Assembly: GCF_963921235.1 (NCBI RefSeq)
Contig: NC_086097.1
Span: forward strand, 185,630,001 to 185,694,000
Length of the DNA: 64,000 nt
Direction: 5' to 3'
DNA from: Mobula hypostoma
Lineage: Eukaryota
Numbering within the stretch: position 1 is the stretch's first letter; every line of letters starts with the position of its first letter. The position numbers and the translations under genes were made by a program. Shown here one piece after another: positions 11,996 through 23,800 of the stretch. Below the pieces are notes generated by a model that searched no databases, was not told where the DNA came from, and was given only the letters and a program-made list of their open reading frames with translations.

Positions 11996-12631
11996 TGTTG
12001 TGTTCTTGTGCAGTGTGTTGAAACTCTGACTAAACACCAAGTTAAACCAGAGCCAATGAAGAAAGAGTCATAGTAAGGTTAACCATTTACTGTTCACTCT
12101 TCCACATTAACATCGTATGGTGAAAACTGTTGATTAAAAAAAATACAGACATATACAGCGTCTGTTTCTTTCTGGAGACCACGCGCGCTCTCTTCAGCCG
12201 CCCCGAGTAACAAGCGGGGGGTGTCCCGTCAAACTGCCGCCGGGCCCGAGCCCACCCCATGTTTGAAATTGAAAAGCTGACACGCGCGCCACCCGAACCG
12301 CCGCTTCCTTAACAGAAACCGCGTTAATATTTTTACTTCAAATACTTCCATAGGAACTTATGGTGTTGCTTCTATAATGTTTCTTTGTGGGTAGACACGG
12401 AGCTCTTCACGATCATGCTGCACGCATGGCACCCGCCTTCACACCTTCCCGAACCGGAGGTTACACATAAGATGCAGCGAAACTGGAGGTGACGTCATCA
12501 CATGCCGCAATATACCATAGACAATGAATTTACCTTTGTTATACTGTAACTTAATTATCAACCTTTAACTTTAACTAGAAAATAGTTACAAATAAATCAT
12601 CTAAAGCGTAGACCCAGCAAAGGGCAACACA
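11996..12631 (-). repeat. BEL 5' LTR (636 bp)
   Basis: Direct repeat of 8596-9264 with 17-nt and 18-nt deletions; TGACGTCA at 12490-12497. Confidence 0.95.
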
Positions 12632-13099
12632 GATGCTGAGTGCAAGGTTGTTGCTGTGACAGCACTCCACTAGTTGGCACATCTTGCTCCTGTCTCCATC
12701 ATAGATTCAACCAACAATTATTGCATCATCAGCAAATTTATAGATGGTACTTGAGCTATGCCTAGACATACAGTCATGGGTAAAGAGAGAGTAGAGCGGT
12801 GGGCTAAGCACACACCGCTGAGGTGCACCAGTGTTGATCGTCAGCGAGGAGGAGATATTATCACCAATCTGCACAGATTGCAGCCTTCTAGTTAGGAAGT
12901 TGGGGATCCAATTGCAAAGGGACGTACAGAGGCCCCGGTTCTGTAACATCAATCAGGATTGTTGGAATAATGGTGTTAAATGTTGAGCTATAGTCTATGA
13001 AAAGCATCCTGACATAGGTACTTGTATTGTCTTGGTGGTCTAAGGCTGTGTGAAGACCCATTGAAATTGCGTTTGCTGTTGACCTATTGTAAAATTGCA

Positions 13100-13245
13100 G
13101 GAAAGATCCTGTTTTCACTTTGACACAAGCAAGTCTCTTTTCTGTTGATTAGTGTCAAAAAAGCCAAATTAAATCCAGTGGTTCAATGTAAAAACAATAA
13201 AACATGAAAACCTCCAAGGGGGGTGAATACTTTTTATAGGCACTG
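13100..13245. mobile_element. Tc1-like transposon terminal remnant
   Basis: Ends ...ccaagggggggtgaatactttttataggcactg followed by TA, a typical Tc1 TIR. Confidence 0.7.
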
Positions 13246-13249
13246 TATC

Positions 13250-13770
13250 AGAGTATTTTTACCATTACAGTTTCATTACTCTACCCACAGTGATTCTACA
13301 TGTTCAGATTTTATGTAACCCACTTCTAAGGATTTTATTTCAATTTTAATCAACAGTGACACCCTATCCCCCCCGCTTACCTGCCTCTTTTGATACAATG
13401 CATATCCTAGTTACAATCTGCTTTCAACTATGACTCAGTGATGCCCACAATGTCATATGTGCCAATATGTGCTGCAAGGTCATCTACCTTATTCCACGTT
13501 CTGCGTGCATTGAAATATAACACCTTCAATCCTGTATTCATCACCGTTTTTGATTTTACCCTTGGTGTGCTTCAACTCATTCCACTGACTGCGATGTTGC
13601 ACTATCATCTGCCTGTCTTCACAGTCTCGCTGCACCCTGCATCTACTTGTATACCAACTGCCCCATCCTCAGCCCTGTCACTCTGGCTCCCATCCTCCTG
13701 CTAAATTAGTTTAAGTCCTCTCCAACAGCTCTGGCAAATATTGGTCCCCCTCAGGCTCAGGTGTAACTAC
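13250..13770 (-). mobile_element. decayed CR1 fragment around the ORF1/ORF2 junction
   Basis: Reverse strand has ggacttaaactaatttagcagg and tatatttcaatgcacgcagaacgtggaataaggtagatgacc (APE start, YFNARR). Confidence 0.6.
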
Positions 13771-14059
13771 TGCACTCTTTACTGCCCCCCCCCCCATCCC
13801 TTCCGAGCCACGAGACCCAGTGCCAGACCCGGTCATTACAGCTTCGCGCAAGTATCGCTGCAGAACTGCCTTCCTGGCCATTAGGTCTTACTGCAGGCGT
13901 CAACCGCCCAGACTGCAGGAACCGACCAATCTGACCAGGGTATGAGACCCACTGGCTCTCTGCACCTGGTTTAGCCTGCCTGTCGAAGTGGAGTACCGTG
14001 GTGTGGCTGCTGTCGCATGCAATAGCTACTTGGAGCCATGGTTGAGAGCTGAGTGTCTG

Positions 14060-14512
14060 GTGGGGACCAAAGATAACATTCAAGATGATTGTTGATACAT
14101 TCAAATTCCTCATAGTGCCTAACTTGGTGAAGTAGTGAAATCATTTTGTTTTCACTCCTGGCTGTTTCTGGCATTTCCATGTCTGAATGCTTGCAACCAC
14201 AGTGAGCAAAACAGTTCCGTCTTGTCTTGCATTTTATTTATCACCAACTATCAGTGACAAAAATCACTACTCTTTGAACACAAATGTACGCAATTGACAC
14301 CATTTAAAAACTGTTCAGTCCAAGCACAGTGTAGTGTCTAATGGCCACACAAGCGCACGTGACTGACACGAGTTCGAAACTGTTCAGCGAGTCTCCTGTC
14401 CCAATGAAGTAGAATTGTGTCCCATCTATTGTCTCAGTTTTTGTTCTTCAAGAGCTGTCCCAAATAAGCAGCTGCCTGATTAACCGATGGCCCAGTTAAC
14501 CGGAATTCATTG
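14060..14512. mobile_element. Tigger/pogo-like remnant
   Basis: Terminus cccagttaaccggaattcattg|TA; related terminus cccaattaactggaatccactg|TA at 20122. Confidence 0.55.
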
Positions 14513-14514
14513 TA

Positions 14515-14668
14515 CAGGTCGACCTTCACTAATCCGACTACCTGTAATCCAGTTCCTTCGATAATCCGGCACTGATTATGCTTAATGTGATCCTTCTGTA
14601 ATTTGGCATTTTCACTAATCCGGCACTCCTCAGATCCCAGTGGTGCCGGATTAGTGAAGGTCGACCTG
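14515..14668. mobile_element. 154-bp pogo/Tigger-type MITE
   Basis: Perfect 22-bp TIR caggtcgaccttcactaatccg with TA target duplication on both sides. Confidence 0.9.
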
Positions 14669-14671
14669 TAT

Positions 14672-15120
14672 ATGATTTCCTCCTATGATAAATCCGCAAT
14701 GACTCTGCCTAATCCTATTATTATTTATAAAATCTTGGTTAATAATAGATTCAAGTATTTTCTGAAAATACTGATGTCCAGCTAACTTTTCCGCAGTTTC
14801 CCATTTTCACTTCTTCCACTGGCTCACTTTCTCAATGCTACTTTCCATTCTGTGGGAATTGTTTTAGAAATCTGTGTAACTTTGGAAGCTAACAACCAGT
14901 ATATTTTCCATCTCCATAGCCATCTGTCCAAAATGTAGAGATAAACATCATCAGACCATGCAGGTTTATTAGCCCCCAGTCCATATTTCTCTGGTACAGC
15001 ATTTTTGTTATTATAACACCATCCAGCTCATTCATCCTTTTGTAAATCACTACTTTTAATGTAGATGCAAAATATTTGTTTAATTTCCATATTTCCCCAC
15101 AATCTTCTCCTGTCACAGTC
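14672..15120 (-). mobile_element. old CR1 ORF2 fragment
   Basis: LNKYFAS-like motif and a decayed RT N-terminal region. Confidence 0.55.
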
Positions 15121-15157
15121 TGTAAAGAAACAACTTTATCTTTTGATATTTTTCTTA

Positions 15158-16690
15158 TAGGTGTCCCCCGCTTTTCGAACGTTTGCTTTACGAAATCTCT
15201 CTGTCACGAAAGACCTACATTAGTACCCTGTTTTCGCTAACAGAAGGTATTTTCACTGTTACGAAAAAAAAGCAGCGCACGCCCTGAGCAACCGCTCTCC
15301 CCTGCATTCTCGCCGGCATTGCTTTAACACGAGCCTGTGAGCAGCCGTTTGCAAGATGAGTTCTAAGGTATTGGAAAAGCCTAAAAGAGCTCGTAAGGGT
15401 GTTACACTTAGCGTAAAACTAGACATAATTAAGCGTTTCGATCATGGTGAACGAAGTAAGGGCAATGTGAGTTTGGCTTGTGGAAGCTGATGAACGTGAT
15501 GTTGAAGAGGTTTTGGCATCCCATGACCAAGAACTGACAGGTGAAGAGCCGATGCAATTGGAAGAAAAAAGGGTAACAATCGAAACCGAATGAGTAATGA
15601 TAAAGTCCGACTTTAATTTTGAAAGGGTATGTCGGTTTAGGGGATATTTGCAGGATGATTTGAGTCCTTACAAAGAACTGTGTGATAGAAAAACGCGCGA
15701 GGCTCAGCAGTCAAGCAAGCCTTCCACATCAGCCACAGCAGACGACGAACCTCGACCTTCGACATCGAGGCGGGCAGAGATAGAATAAGATGAGCTGCCT
15801 GCTCTAATGGAAACAGACGATGACGAGATGACACCCCCACCACCCCAACCCCCAGGCCACGGACAGATACCGATTCGCGGAGAATGCAACAGTAGCCTGG
15901 AGGCACACAGCACATCTTTAAGAAAAAAGCTGAAATAGGCATGCTAATTAATTAGGTGCCGCCGACACGTAATTGTTGGCCCAGATCAGAGACGACGAAA
16001 TGGAAATCGGCACAGATCTGGGCCGACAATTACGTGCCGGACAGCACCTGATTAATTAGCATGTTTGTTTCAGCTTTTTTCAAGATGTGCTGTGTGCCTT
16101 CCAGCTACCGCTGGACCCCTGCATGCTTCGCGGCAATGCATCGCTCGGCGGCCTGGAGGGTGGGGGTCACTGCACCACCCAAACTCCGACTCAGCCTAAC
16201 ACACCATCATCAGTGTGCTCGGCGCTGTCCCAATTCCGGTAAGTGATACTACACTGTACGTACATTATTTCTACTTTATATTGGCTGTGTATTTTTACGT
16301 GTTATTTGGTATGATTTGGCAGCTTCATAGCTTAAAGGTTACCGGAGAGCGCTTGCACCGTGTTTTTGCCAACAGCGCTTGCGTGAGATTTTCTGCCGAC
16401 GGCGCTTGCGTGAGATTTTCGCTACGGAGAACAGTTCAGTAATGATTGTGGAAAAGTATTTCTACTTTATGTAGGCTGTGTATTTATCATATCATTCCTG
16501 CTTTTACTATATGTTACTGTTATTTTAGGTTTTATGTGTTATTTGGCATGATTTGGTAGGTTATTTTTGGGTCTGCGAACGCTCACAAAATTTTCCCATA
16601 TAAATGGTAATTGCTTCTTCGCTTTACGACATTTCGGCTTATGAACCGTTTCATAGGAACGCTCTACCTTCGGATGGCGGGGGAAACCTG
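15158..16690 (+). mobile_element. non-autonomous Tigger/pogo transposon with a deleted transposase
   Basis: Imperfect TIRs (t)aggtgtcccccgc / gcgggggaaacctg with flanking TA. N-terminal MSSKVLEKPKRARKGVTLSVKLDIIKRFDHGE (CENP-B/psq HTH) is fused to a C-terminal DVEEVLASHDQELTGEE. Confidence 0.85.
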
Positions 16691-18936
16691 TATACCCACA
16701 GAAGCTTTTACTGTCTGTTTTTATATTTCTGTAGATTTCTCATTTAACATCTAGTTATATTTTCTTTTTGGAAGCTCTATAGCTTTTTAAGTCAGCAAAT
16801 GCTGTACATCCGATGTCTAATAAATGAAAGATGATTAAAAGCCTGTTTGCATTTCAAAAGTATGTAAGCGGTTGTAGACTGCTTTGAGGACATCATGAGG
16901 TATTACATAAACATTCCAGTCTACTTCAGCAGTTTTTTTTCTATCACTTAAGTGAGCTAACTTTTTATAAGTTTTTGAAAATTCTGTAATGCTACGAATG
17001 TACTTTCTTCCACTCTAAATAAAATATGCAGGTCTGTTAATATCTTACCCATTGTCAAATGTAGTGTGCTGCTTTGCTTTGTTCTGAGTCAAAGTAGATG
17101 ACATAAGGCATGATGTAAAATGAAACAACATATGAAGTAAAGTGATGTTTCAGTTCCCAGGCCGCAATGTAAATTTGCCGAGATTCCACTCTTCCCTCGA
17201 AACTACGCAGGTCTGTGGCCACACAGTAGCTGAAATGCTCCTGTAAACTTTGTTGCAGTGTACTGCAAATTTTCTTTTATATAATGTTACTATAATTTTG
17301 AAATTATATTTTAATATAATTTGAATTAAATTATATTCAAGGATATTTCATTAAACCCTTCAATTAAGAAATAAAATAAAAAACGTGACTTTTCAGATTT
17401 CACCCTAAATATTTATAGTATGCTTATTACAAAAAAACATGTTTAAAGTGCCACACAGTTTTCAGGCTGCGTGTGTCTGTGCACACGCACACGTGCACGC
17501 AGTTGAGTTAGACATTAAAATATCTTGTGTCAATATTCAGGGAACAAGGGAACAGCTGAGAATTCTCTGGCTAATATCTCCTGCTTAACTGACACCATAA
17601 AAAACTTAAACCTCATAATGTTATGTGTGGATTGTTGCTTTAATAATATAACAATGTCAGTTTCTGAAATAACAATGGTTTCTGTACTTAAATCATTATT
17701 ACTGAGGCTTTTATCAATAGTCACTAAGTGTAAAGCCATGACAGAAAGCAGCTAATTGGAAATGAGAGTTCATACAGTCAGCTGCAGTTGGACTCTGTCT
17801 TGAGCTGAAAAGGTTTTTTGACAGAATTCCAGCAAGTTAGCTAAACATCATCTCCTTTTTCTGAATTGGTTCTCACTGGCCCGTACCAATTTAGCCTGTT
17901 CGCATGTATTTACTAAATAGATCTCAAAAAAATTATTCTCAAGGAATTTCCTCTCAATATTTTCTAACACTTTTGTTAAATGCTAGCTCACAGTTTATTG
18001 ATTTTTAAAATAAAATGCAGTTATAATGGTCTGAGATGAAAACAGAAAGTATCACAGATCAAACAACATCTGTGGAGACAAACAGATTTATCGTTTCAGT
18101 TCAGTGCAAGAATCTTAGTGCTAACTCTGTTGTTTGCTTTACAGATTGACCCATAGCCTCTTCCAGCATGATTTGTTGTTGGTTCATAATAGTAATGTTC
18201 AATCTTTTAACCTTAATTTTATGTGGAGTTCAGTTTGGGAAGAAAAAGTAAAGCTATAGACAAGAACCTCCAATCTACAGAAATTACAGTTATGTCTCTG
18301 ACGTCTGCAATAGGGCATAATTAGTTTGTGATAAGAGCACCAATTATTTTAGTCTGTTTGAAAGGTGTTGGACAGATACCTAACAGTTGATTTTACACAA
18401 TTTCATTATCTGTATTAAATTAAGTCACAGCCAAAGGCTAACTTGTACTCTTTCCTTCGATGTACCCATCAACAATTCAATGCCTTGTATCATACTATTT
18501 AATAATTTAGCAAAGAGCTAAATCCAAGTTGAATTCATATTCAGTAGGAGTAGTTGTGGTTGGTGGCATAAATCTTTATGAAGTAACTTGCTTATTTAAC
18601 TCTGTCCTCTTTAACATTTTGATCCTATACAGTAGCACACCACACACCCCGTACCAGACAGTGATACAAGCAGTTAGAATGCTTTCCATGGTACATCTGT
18701 AGGAATTTGTGACTGTCTTCATGTACGTGCTATATGTGCCTTGTGCTGTGTATGACTGTTGGTAATGTGTTTTACACCTTGGCAGCTCTGTTATACAGCT
18801 GCTGGGGATAACCCGCGACTTGAATCCTTGCTTCCTTCTCCAAGCTCTTAGAAAACCTGCAGTCAGCAGAAAGCTCTCTTCCTCCACTGCAGACATCCAA
18901 AGATAAGCGTACTTTGGGGATGATATGTCCGTACAA

Positions 18937-19016
18937 CAGGGCTTCCCAATCTTTTTTATGCCATGGACCAATGCCATTAAGTAAGTGGTCTGTGGACCCC
19001 AGGCTGGGAACACCTG
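18937..19016. mobile_element. 80-bp hAT (Charlie-like) MITE
   Basis: cagggcttcccaa...tgggaacacctg termini; degenerate 8-bp flanks ccgtacaa/ctgtactg with central TA. Confidence 0.6.
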
Positions 19017-19279
19017 CTGTACTGGAACGATCTGTTTACGGGCCCCTCTTGATGCCAGCCAAGAGATGTCTTTGTGCTTATTGGTGAAATCTGGTGTAGG
19101 GGTATTCTACCAGACGCTTTGACAGTTTGCTCAGGGAAGCACCCTACAGTGTCCATAAGGTAGCTGTTCCACAGTGTCTGCAGGGCATTCCCTGCTGACC
19201 ATTGACTGATGGACGCGGTCAAAAGTGTCTACTTGGAAGAACACATCCACAAATGCAATGTTGCATGGTAACAGGCCCA

Positions 19280-20122
19280 AACCGACAGGGCCTTGAGGCT
19301 TTCAATGACCTCAACTTCAGCACCATAGATATAAACAGGATTGTGTGCTCTGCTTCCCTTCCTGAAGTCAATGACTTGCTCTTTTGTTTTGCTGACATTT
19401 AAGGAAGTTGTTATCATAACTCCTTGCCACAGGCTCTCTATCTCTTTCCTGTTCTCCAGCTCATCATCATTTGAGGGCATCAAGTTTAGGAGAACTTTAG
19501 GTACGTTATGTTGCAATTTAAGAATCTACACTTGGAGTATTGTGTACAGTTTTGGTTACTCGTTATAGGAGAGAGATTATCACACTGGAGAGGGGACAGA
19601 CAAGATTTACGAGGATGCTGCCTCGACTCGAGGGCCTGAATTAGAGGGTGCCCATGCGCACTTGTGTGGTTATTAGACACTACACCATGTTTAGAGCAAA
19701 CCCAGTTTAAAAAATGTCAGTTGAGTGTGCATGTATTATGTTATCCGTTTGGGCTGACAGCCACCAATTCAAAAAGAGCGATTTTTTTTTGATAATTTTG
19801 TTTTTTATTTTGAAGGCAGTCCATTATCTACACTGGATGTCTGCACTGAATATGTTCATTTAATGAAAGAACATGGCAGTATATACTGGGATGAATTCCT
19901 CTGTCAATAAATATTAGGAACTAACACACATTTATAGTGCTGTAGTAATATTGGTAATGTTCTACATTTCATTTAAATACATAATTTGTAACTCAGTTAC
20001 TAGTAGTTTATCTTTTTTATACCTTTTTTAACTATTGCTATGAACTTTCAACTAATTGAGGCAGCCTTGATTGGGTCAAAATGTGCTGGTCCCAATGTGT
20101 CCCAATTAACTGGAATCCACTG
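19280..20122. mobile_element. cluster of Rex1 (-), CR1 (+) and Tigger-like remnants
   Basis: [16 protein letters not shown] on the minus strand; acacttggagtattgtgtacagttttgg CR1 motif; Tigger-type TIR ending at 20122. Confidence 0.6.
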
Positions 20123-20287
20123 TACATACATGTATTTTGAAAACTTCGTGTAATGCACAGGAATCCCAAGTTTCATTTTAAAGCCCCAATCTGCTGCTGC
20201 CAGTGAGTGTGTGCCAGTATTTTCTGCTTTATAATGATGTATATTTCAAAACCAGTTGAAACTTGTGATTTGTCGTCTTTTACACAG

Positions 20288-20436
20288 GAGAACTTCCACC
20301 TCCTTACAGTCCTGTGGCTAGTCCTGATGTTGGAGGAGTTCCAGTAATAAACTGTCGTGTTTGTCAATCCCTGATAAATTTGGAGGGCAAGCTTCATCAG
20401 CATGTTGTTAAATGCACTGTTTGTAACGAAGCCACG
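20288..20436 (+). CDS. pip4p2: pip4p2/TMEM55A coding exon 2 (149 nt; exon 1 is upstream of the window)
   Basis: Acceptor ...tttacacag, donor gtagga. Translates (phase 1) [49 protein letters not shown], recognisable as TMEM55A with a PPxY motif and CxxC pairs. Confidence 0.97.
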
Positions 20437-20899
20437 GTAGGAATATCGTAATATTATTTAAAGTTGTGACGTAAAGGTAGCATTCAATGAACTATGGATT
20501 GTCTCTAAGTGCTAATTAATTTTGTTTTTATGTGAACTAAGTCTGATATTTTTCCAACTTTCCAGCTTAATGTGTATATATGATGCATGAAAATTTATGA
20601 ATTTGTGGAACATATTAAAGATTTTGACAAAGTTATGATTTTTGTGTTATTAATATTGCTTTGCTATTTATTATGCAACATATTAAATGTCCATATTCTA
20701 GTTGATCTGCCATTCCTGTGTTTTTCCCCATTCTATGAACACTAACTAATTTTCATGATGGGAGCTACTTTACCATGTGAAAAAGTTGTTGCTGTACAGT
20801 ACTTCCCTAGGGATTAGATGTGCAATGATCTCATAATTTATTGTTATTTGTCAAACATCCAGATAAAATATTTAATCTGGATACAAGGTAAATTCTGAG

Positions 20900-23800
20900 A
20901 AAATTTCATTTTCTTTGGCCAAATTACTGAAACCGAAATTCATAAAGCTATTTTTTCAATGCAATCTGGTGAGGCCCCTGGACTTGATGGCTATCCTGTA
21001 GATTTTTATAAAAAATTTGGAAAATTGCTTTCTCCGTATATGTTGGAAATGTTTAAGGATTCTTTTGTGGAAGGTGATTTACCCTCTACTTTTTATGAGG
21101 CCACTATTTCTTTAATTCTTAACAAGGATAAAGACCCTACTGATTGTGCCTATTTCATTATTGAATGTCGATGCTAAGATTCTGTCAAAGATAATAGCCA
21201 ATCAATTGGAGAATATTTTGGGTAACATTATTTTTAAAGATCAAACAGGCTTCATAAAGGGTCATTCTTCTTTTTCAAATGTTCGGAGATTATTTAACAT
21301 TATATATTTGTCCTCTTTTAAAACTCCACAATGCGTCATCTCTTTGGATGCTGAAAAAGCGTTCGATCGAGTCGAATGGAAATATTTATTTAATGTTTTA
21401 GAGAAATTTGGCTTTGGTGTTAATTTTAATAATTGGATTAGTATGATATACAAAACTTGCTACTGTTATTACTAATAATGTAACTGTAGATCCCCTTTAT
21501 TTCAGCTTTCACGGGGACAAGACAAGGTTGTCCATTAAGTCCTTTGTTATTTAATACTAGAACCACTTACTATTGCTCTTCCTGAAGCTGAAGATATTTA
21601 TGGGGTTTTTGTGAATGAGACCATTCATAAGATTTCTCTTTACCCTGACGATTTACTGGTTTATATATCCAATCCCGAGGAATCTATTCCTACCTTGCTA
21701 AAATTATTTATTGAAGTTGGAGATTTTTCAGGATACAAAATAAATTTTATTAAAAGTGAACTGTTTCCTTTAAATGAATCTGTTTCTATATATGATAATA
21801 CTCTTTTCAAAGTCATGGATTCCTTTAGATATTTTGGTGTTAAAATCACTAAAAAATACAAGGATGTTTATAAAGCTAATTTTGTTCCCTTGGTAGATTC
21901 TATGAAGTATTTATTTATACTTTATACTTTATTGTTGCCAGACAATTGGTACTAGAACGTACAATCATCACAGCGATATTTGATTCTGCGCTTCACACTC
22001 CCTGGATTACAGATATTAAATATTAAAAATAGTTTAAATTAGTAAATATTAAAAATTTAAATTATAAATCATAAATAAAAAATAGAAAAATGGGAAGTAA
22101 GGTAGTGCAAAAAAACCGAGAGGCAGGTCTGGATATTTGGAGGGTATGGCCCAGATCCGGGTCAGGATCCGTTCAGCGGTCTTATCACAGTTGGAAAGAA
22201 GCTGTTCCCAAATCTAGCCATATGAGTCTTCAAGCTCCTGAACTTTCTCCCGGAGGGAAGAGGGACGAAAAGTGTGTTGGCTGGGTGGGTCGTGTCCTTG
22301 ATTATCCTGGCAGCACTGCTCCGACAGCGTGCGGTGTAAAGTGAGTCCACGGACGGAAGATTGGTTTGTGTGATGTGCTGCGCCGTGTTCACGATCTTCT
22401 GCAGCTTCTTTCGGTCTTGGACAGGACAACTTCCATACCAGGTTGTGATGCACCCTAGAAGAATGCTTTCTATGGTGCATCTATAAAAATTAGTGAGGGT
22501 TTTACGGGACAGGCCAAATTTCTTTAGTTTTCTCAGGAAGTAAAGGTGCTGGTGGGCCTTCTTGGCAGTGAACTCTGCTTGGTTGGACCAAGTCAGGTCA
22601 TTTGTGATATTGACCCCGAGGAACTTAAAGCTTTTGACCTGTTCCACTTGCGCACCACCGATGTAAATTGGGTCGTGCGGTCCGCTACTCCTTCTGAAGT
22701 CAACAACCAATTCCTTCGTCTTGCTGACGTTGAGGGATAGGTTATTGTCTTCGCACCATGCCACCAGGTTCTTAATTTCCTCTCTGTACTCAAACTCATC
22801 ATTATCCGAGATACGGCCTACAATTGTTGTGTCATCAGCAAACTTATACATTGAGTTTGATGGAAACTTGGCTACGCAATCATGGGTGTACAGTGAGTAC
22901 AGCAGGGGGCTGAGTACACAGCCTTGTGGGGCACCGCTGCTCAGAGTGATTGTAGAGGAGAGCTTGTCCCCTATTTTTACAGCCTGGGTCCTGTCTGTGA
23001 GGAAGTTGAAGATCCATCTGCAGATCAGAGTGCTAAGGCCCAGGTTTCGGAGCTTAGGAATCAGTTTACTTGGCATAATGGTATTAAAGGCAGAGCTGTA
23101 GTCATGAAAAGGAGCCTTATGTATGCATCTTTATTCTCCAGGTGTTCTAAGGAGGAATGTAGGGCCAGAGAGATGGCATCTGCCATTGACCTGTTGCTCC
23201 GGTAGGTGAATTGCAAAGCGTCGAGGTTGACCGGTAGGCTGTGGTTGATGTGTGCCATAACCAATCTCTCGAAGCACTTCATAGCAATTGCTGTCAGAGC
23301 CACAGGTCGATAGTCATTCAGGTATGCTACCTTGCTCTTCTTCGGCACTGGGATTATCGTTGCCTTCTTGAAATACGAGGGGATCTTAGACTGAAGCAAG
23401 GAGCATTTGAAGATGTCAGCAAACACTCCAGCTAACTCGCTTGCACAGGCCCGGAGAACCCGTCCTGGGATGCCATCTGGGCCCGTCGGCTTCCTTGGAT
23501 TTATCTTCAGGAACGCCCTTCTAACGTCCTCCTCGGTGACGATGAATCTCGATGCCACCAGGTCCGGTTCATCTGGAGGGAGCGGGACGCTCCTCTTCTG
23601 TTCGAATCTTGCGTAGAATATGTTAAGTTCTTCAGGAAGGGAAGTGCCACAGTTATTGATATTCCCAGCCTTTTCTGTGCGCCCAGTGATCTTATTTAGA
23701 CCCTGCCATAGCCTACTGGCATCCCTTTGGTTAGCCTGGGCTTCCAACTTGGCTCGATATTGCCTCTTGGCGCCCTCAATGGCTTTCCGGAGTTCACGCC

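Larger units (their letters stand above)
8596..12631 (-). mobile_element. BEL/Pao LTR retrotransposon, internally deleted (gag-protease kept, RT/RNaseH/IN lost)
   Basis: Two TG...CA LTRs; 5-bp TSD gatgt (8591-8595) / gatgc (12632-12636); PPT-like tcaggcggggag next to the 3' LTR; BEL-type triple Cys-His Gag knuckles and protease YVILDDQSNRSL. Confidence 0.95.
8481..13090 (-). mobile_element. Rex1-like LINE RT fragment split by the BEL element (Rex1 parts 8481-8595 and 12632-13090)
   Basis: NRSTANAI...[42 protein letters not shown] on one side; DFRKGK...VERVSSFKF on the other. Confidence 0.85.

Noticed and set aside
1..20287. pip4p2 exon 1 or promoter
   Set aside because: No MAADG..ERSPLL-like coding segment or host CpG island was found; the CpG-rich patches all belong to transposons.
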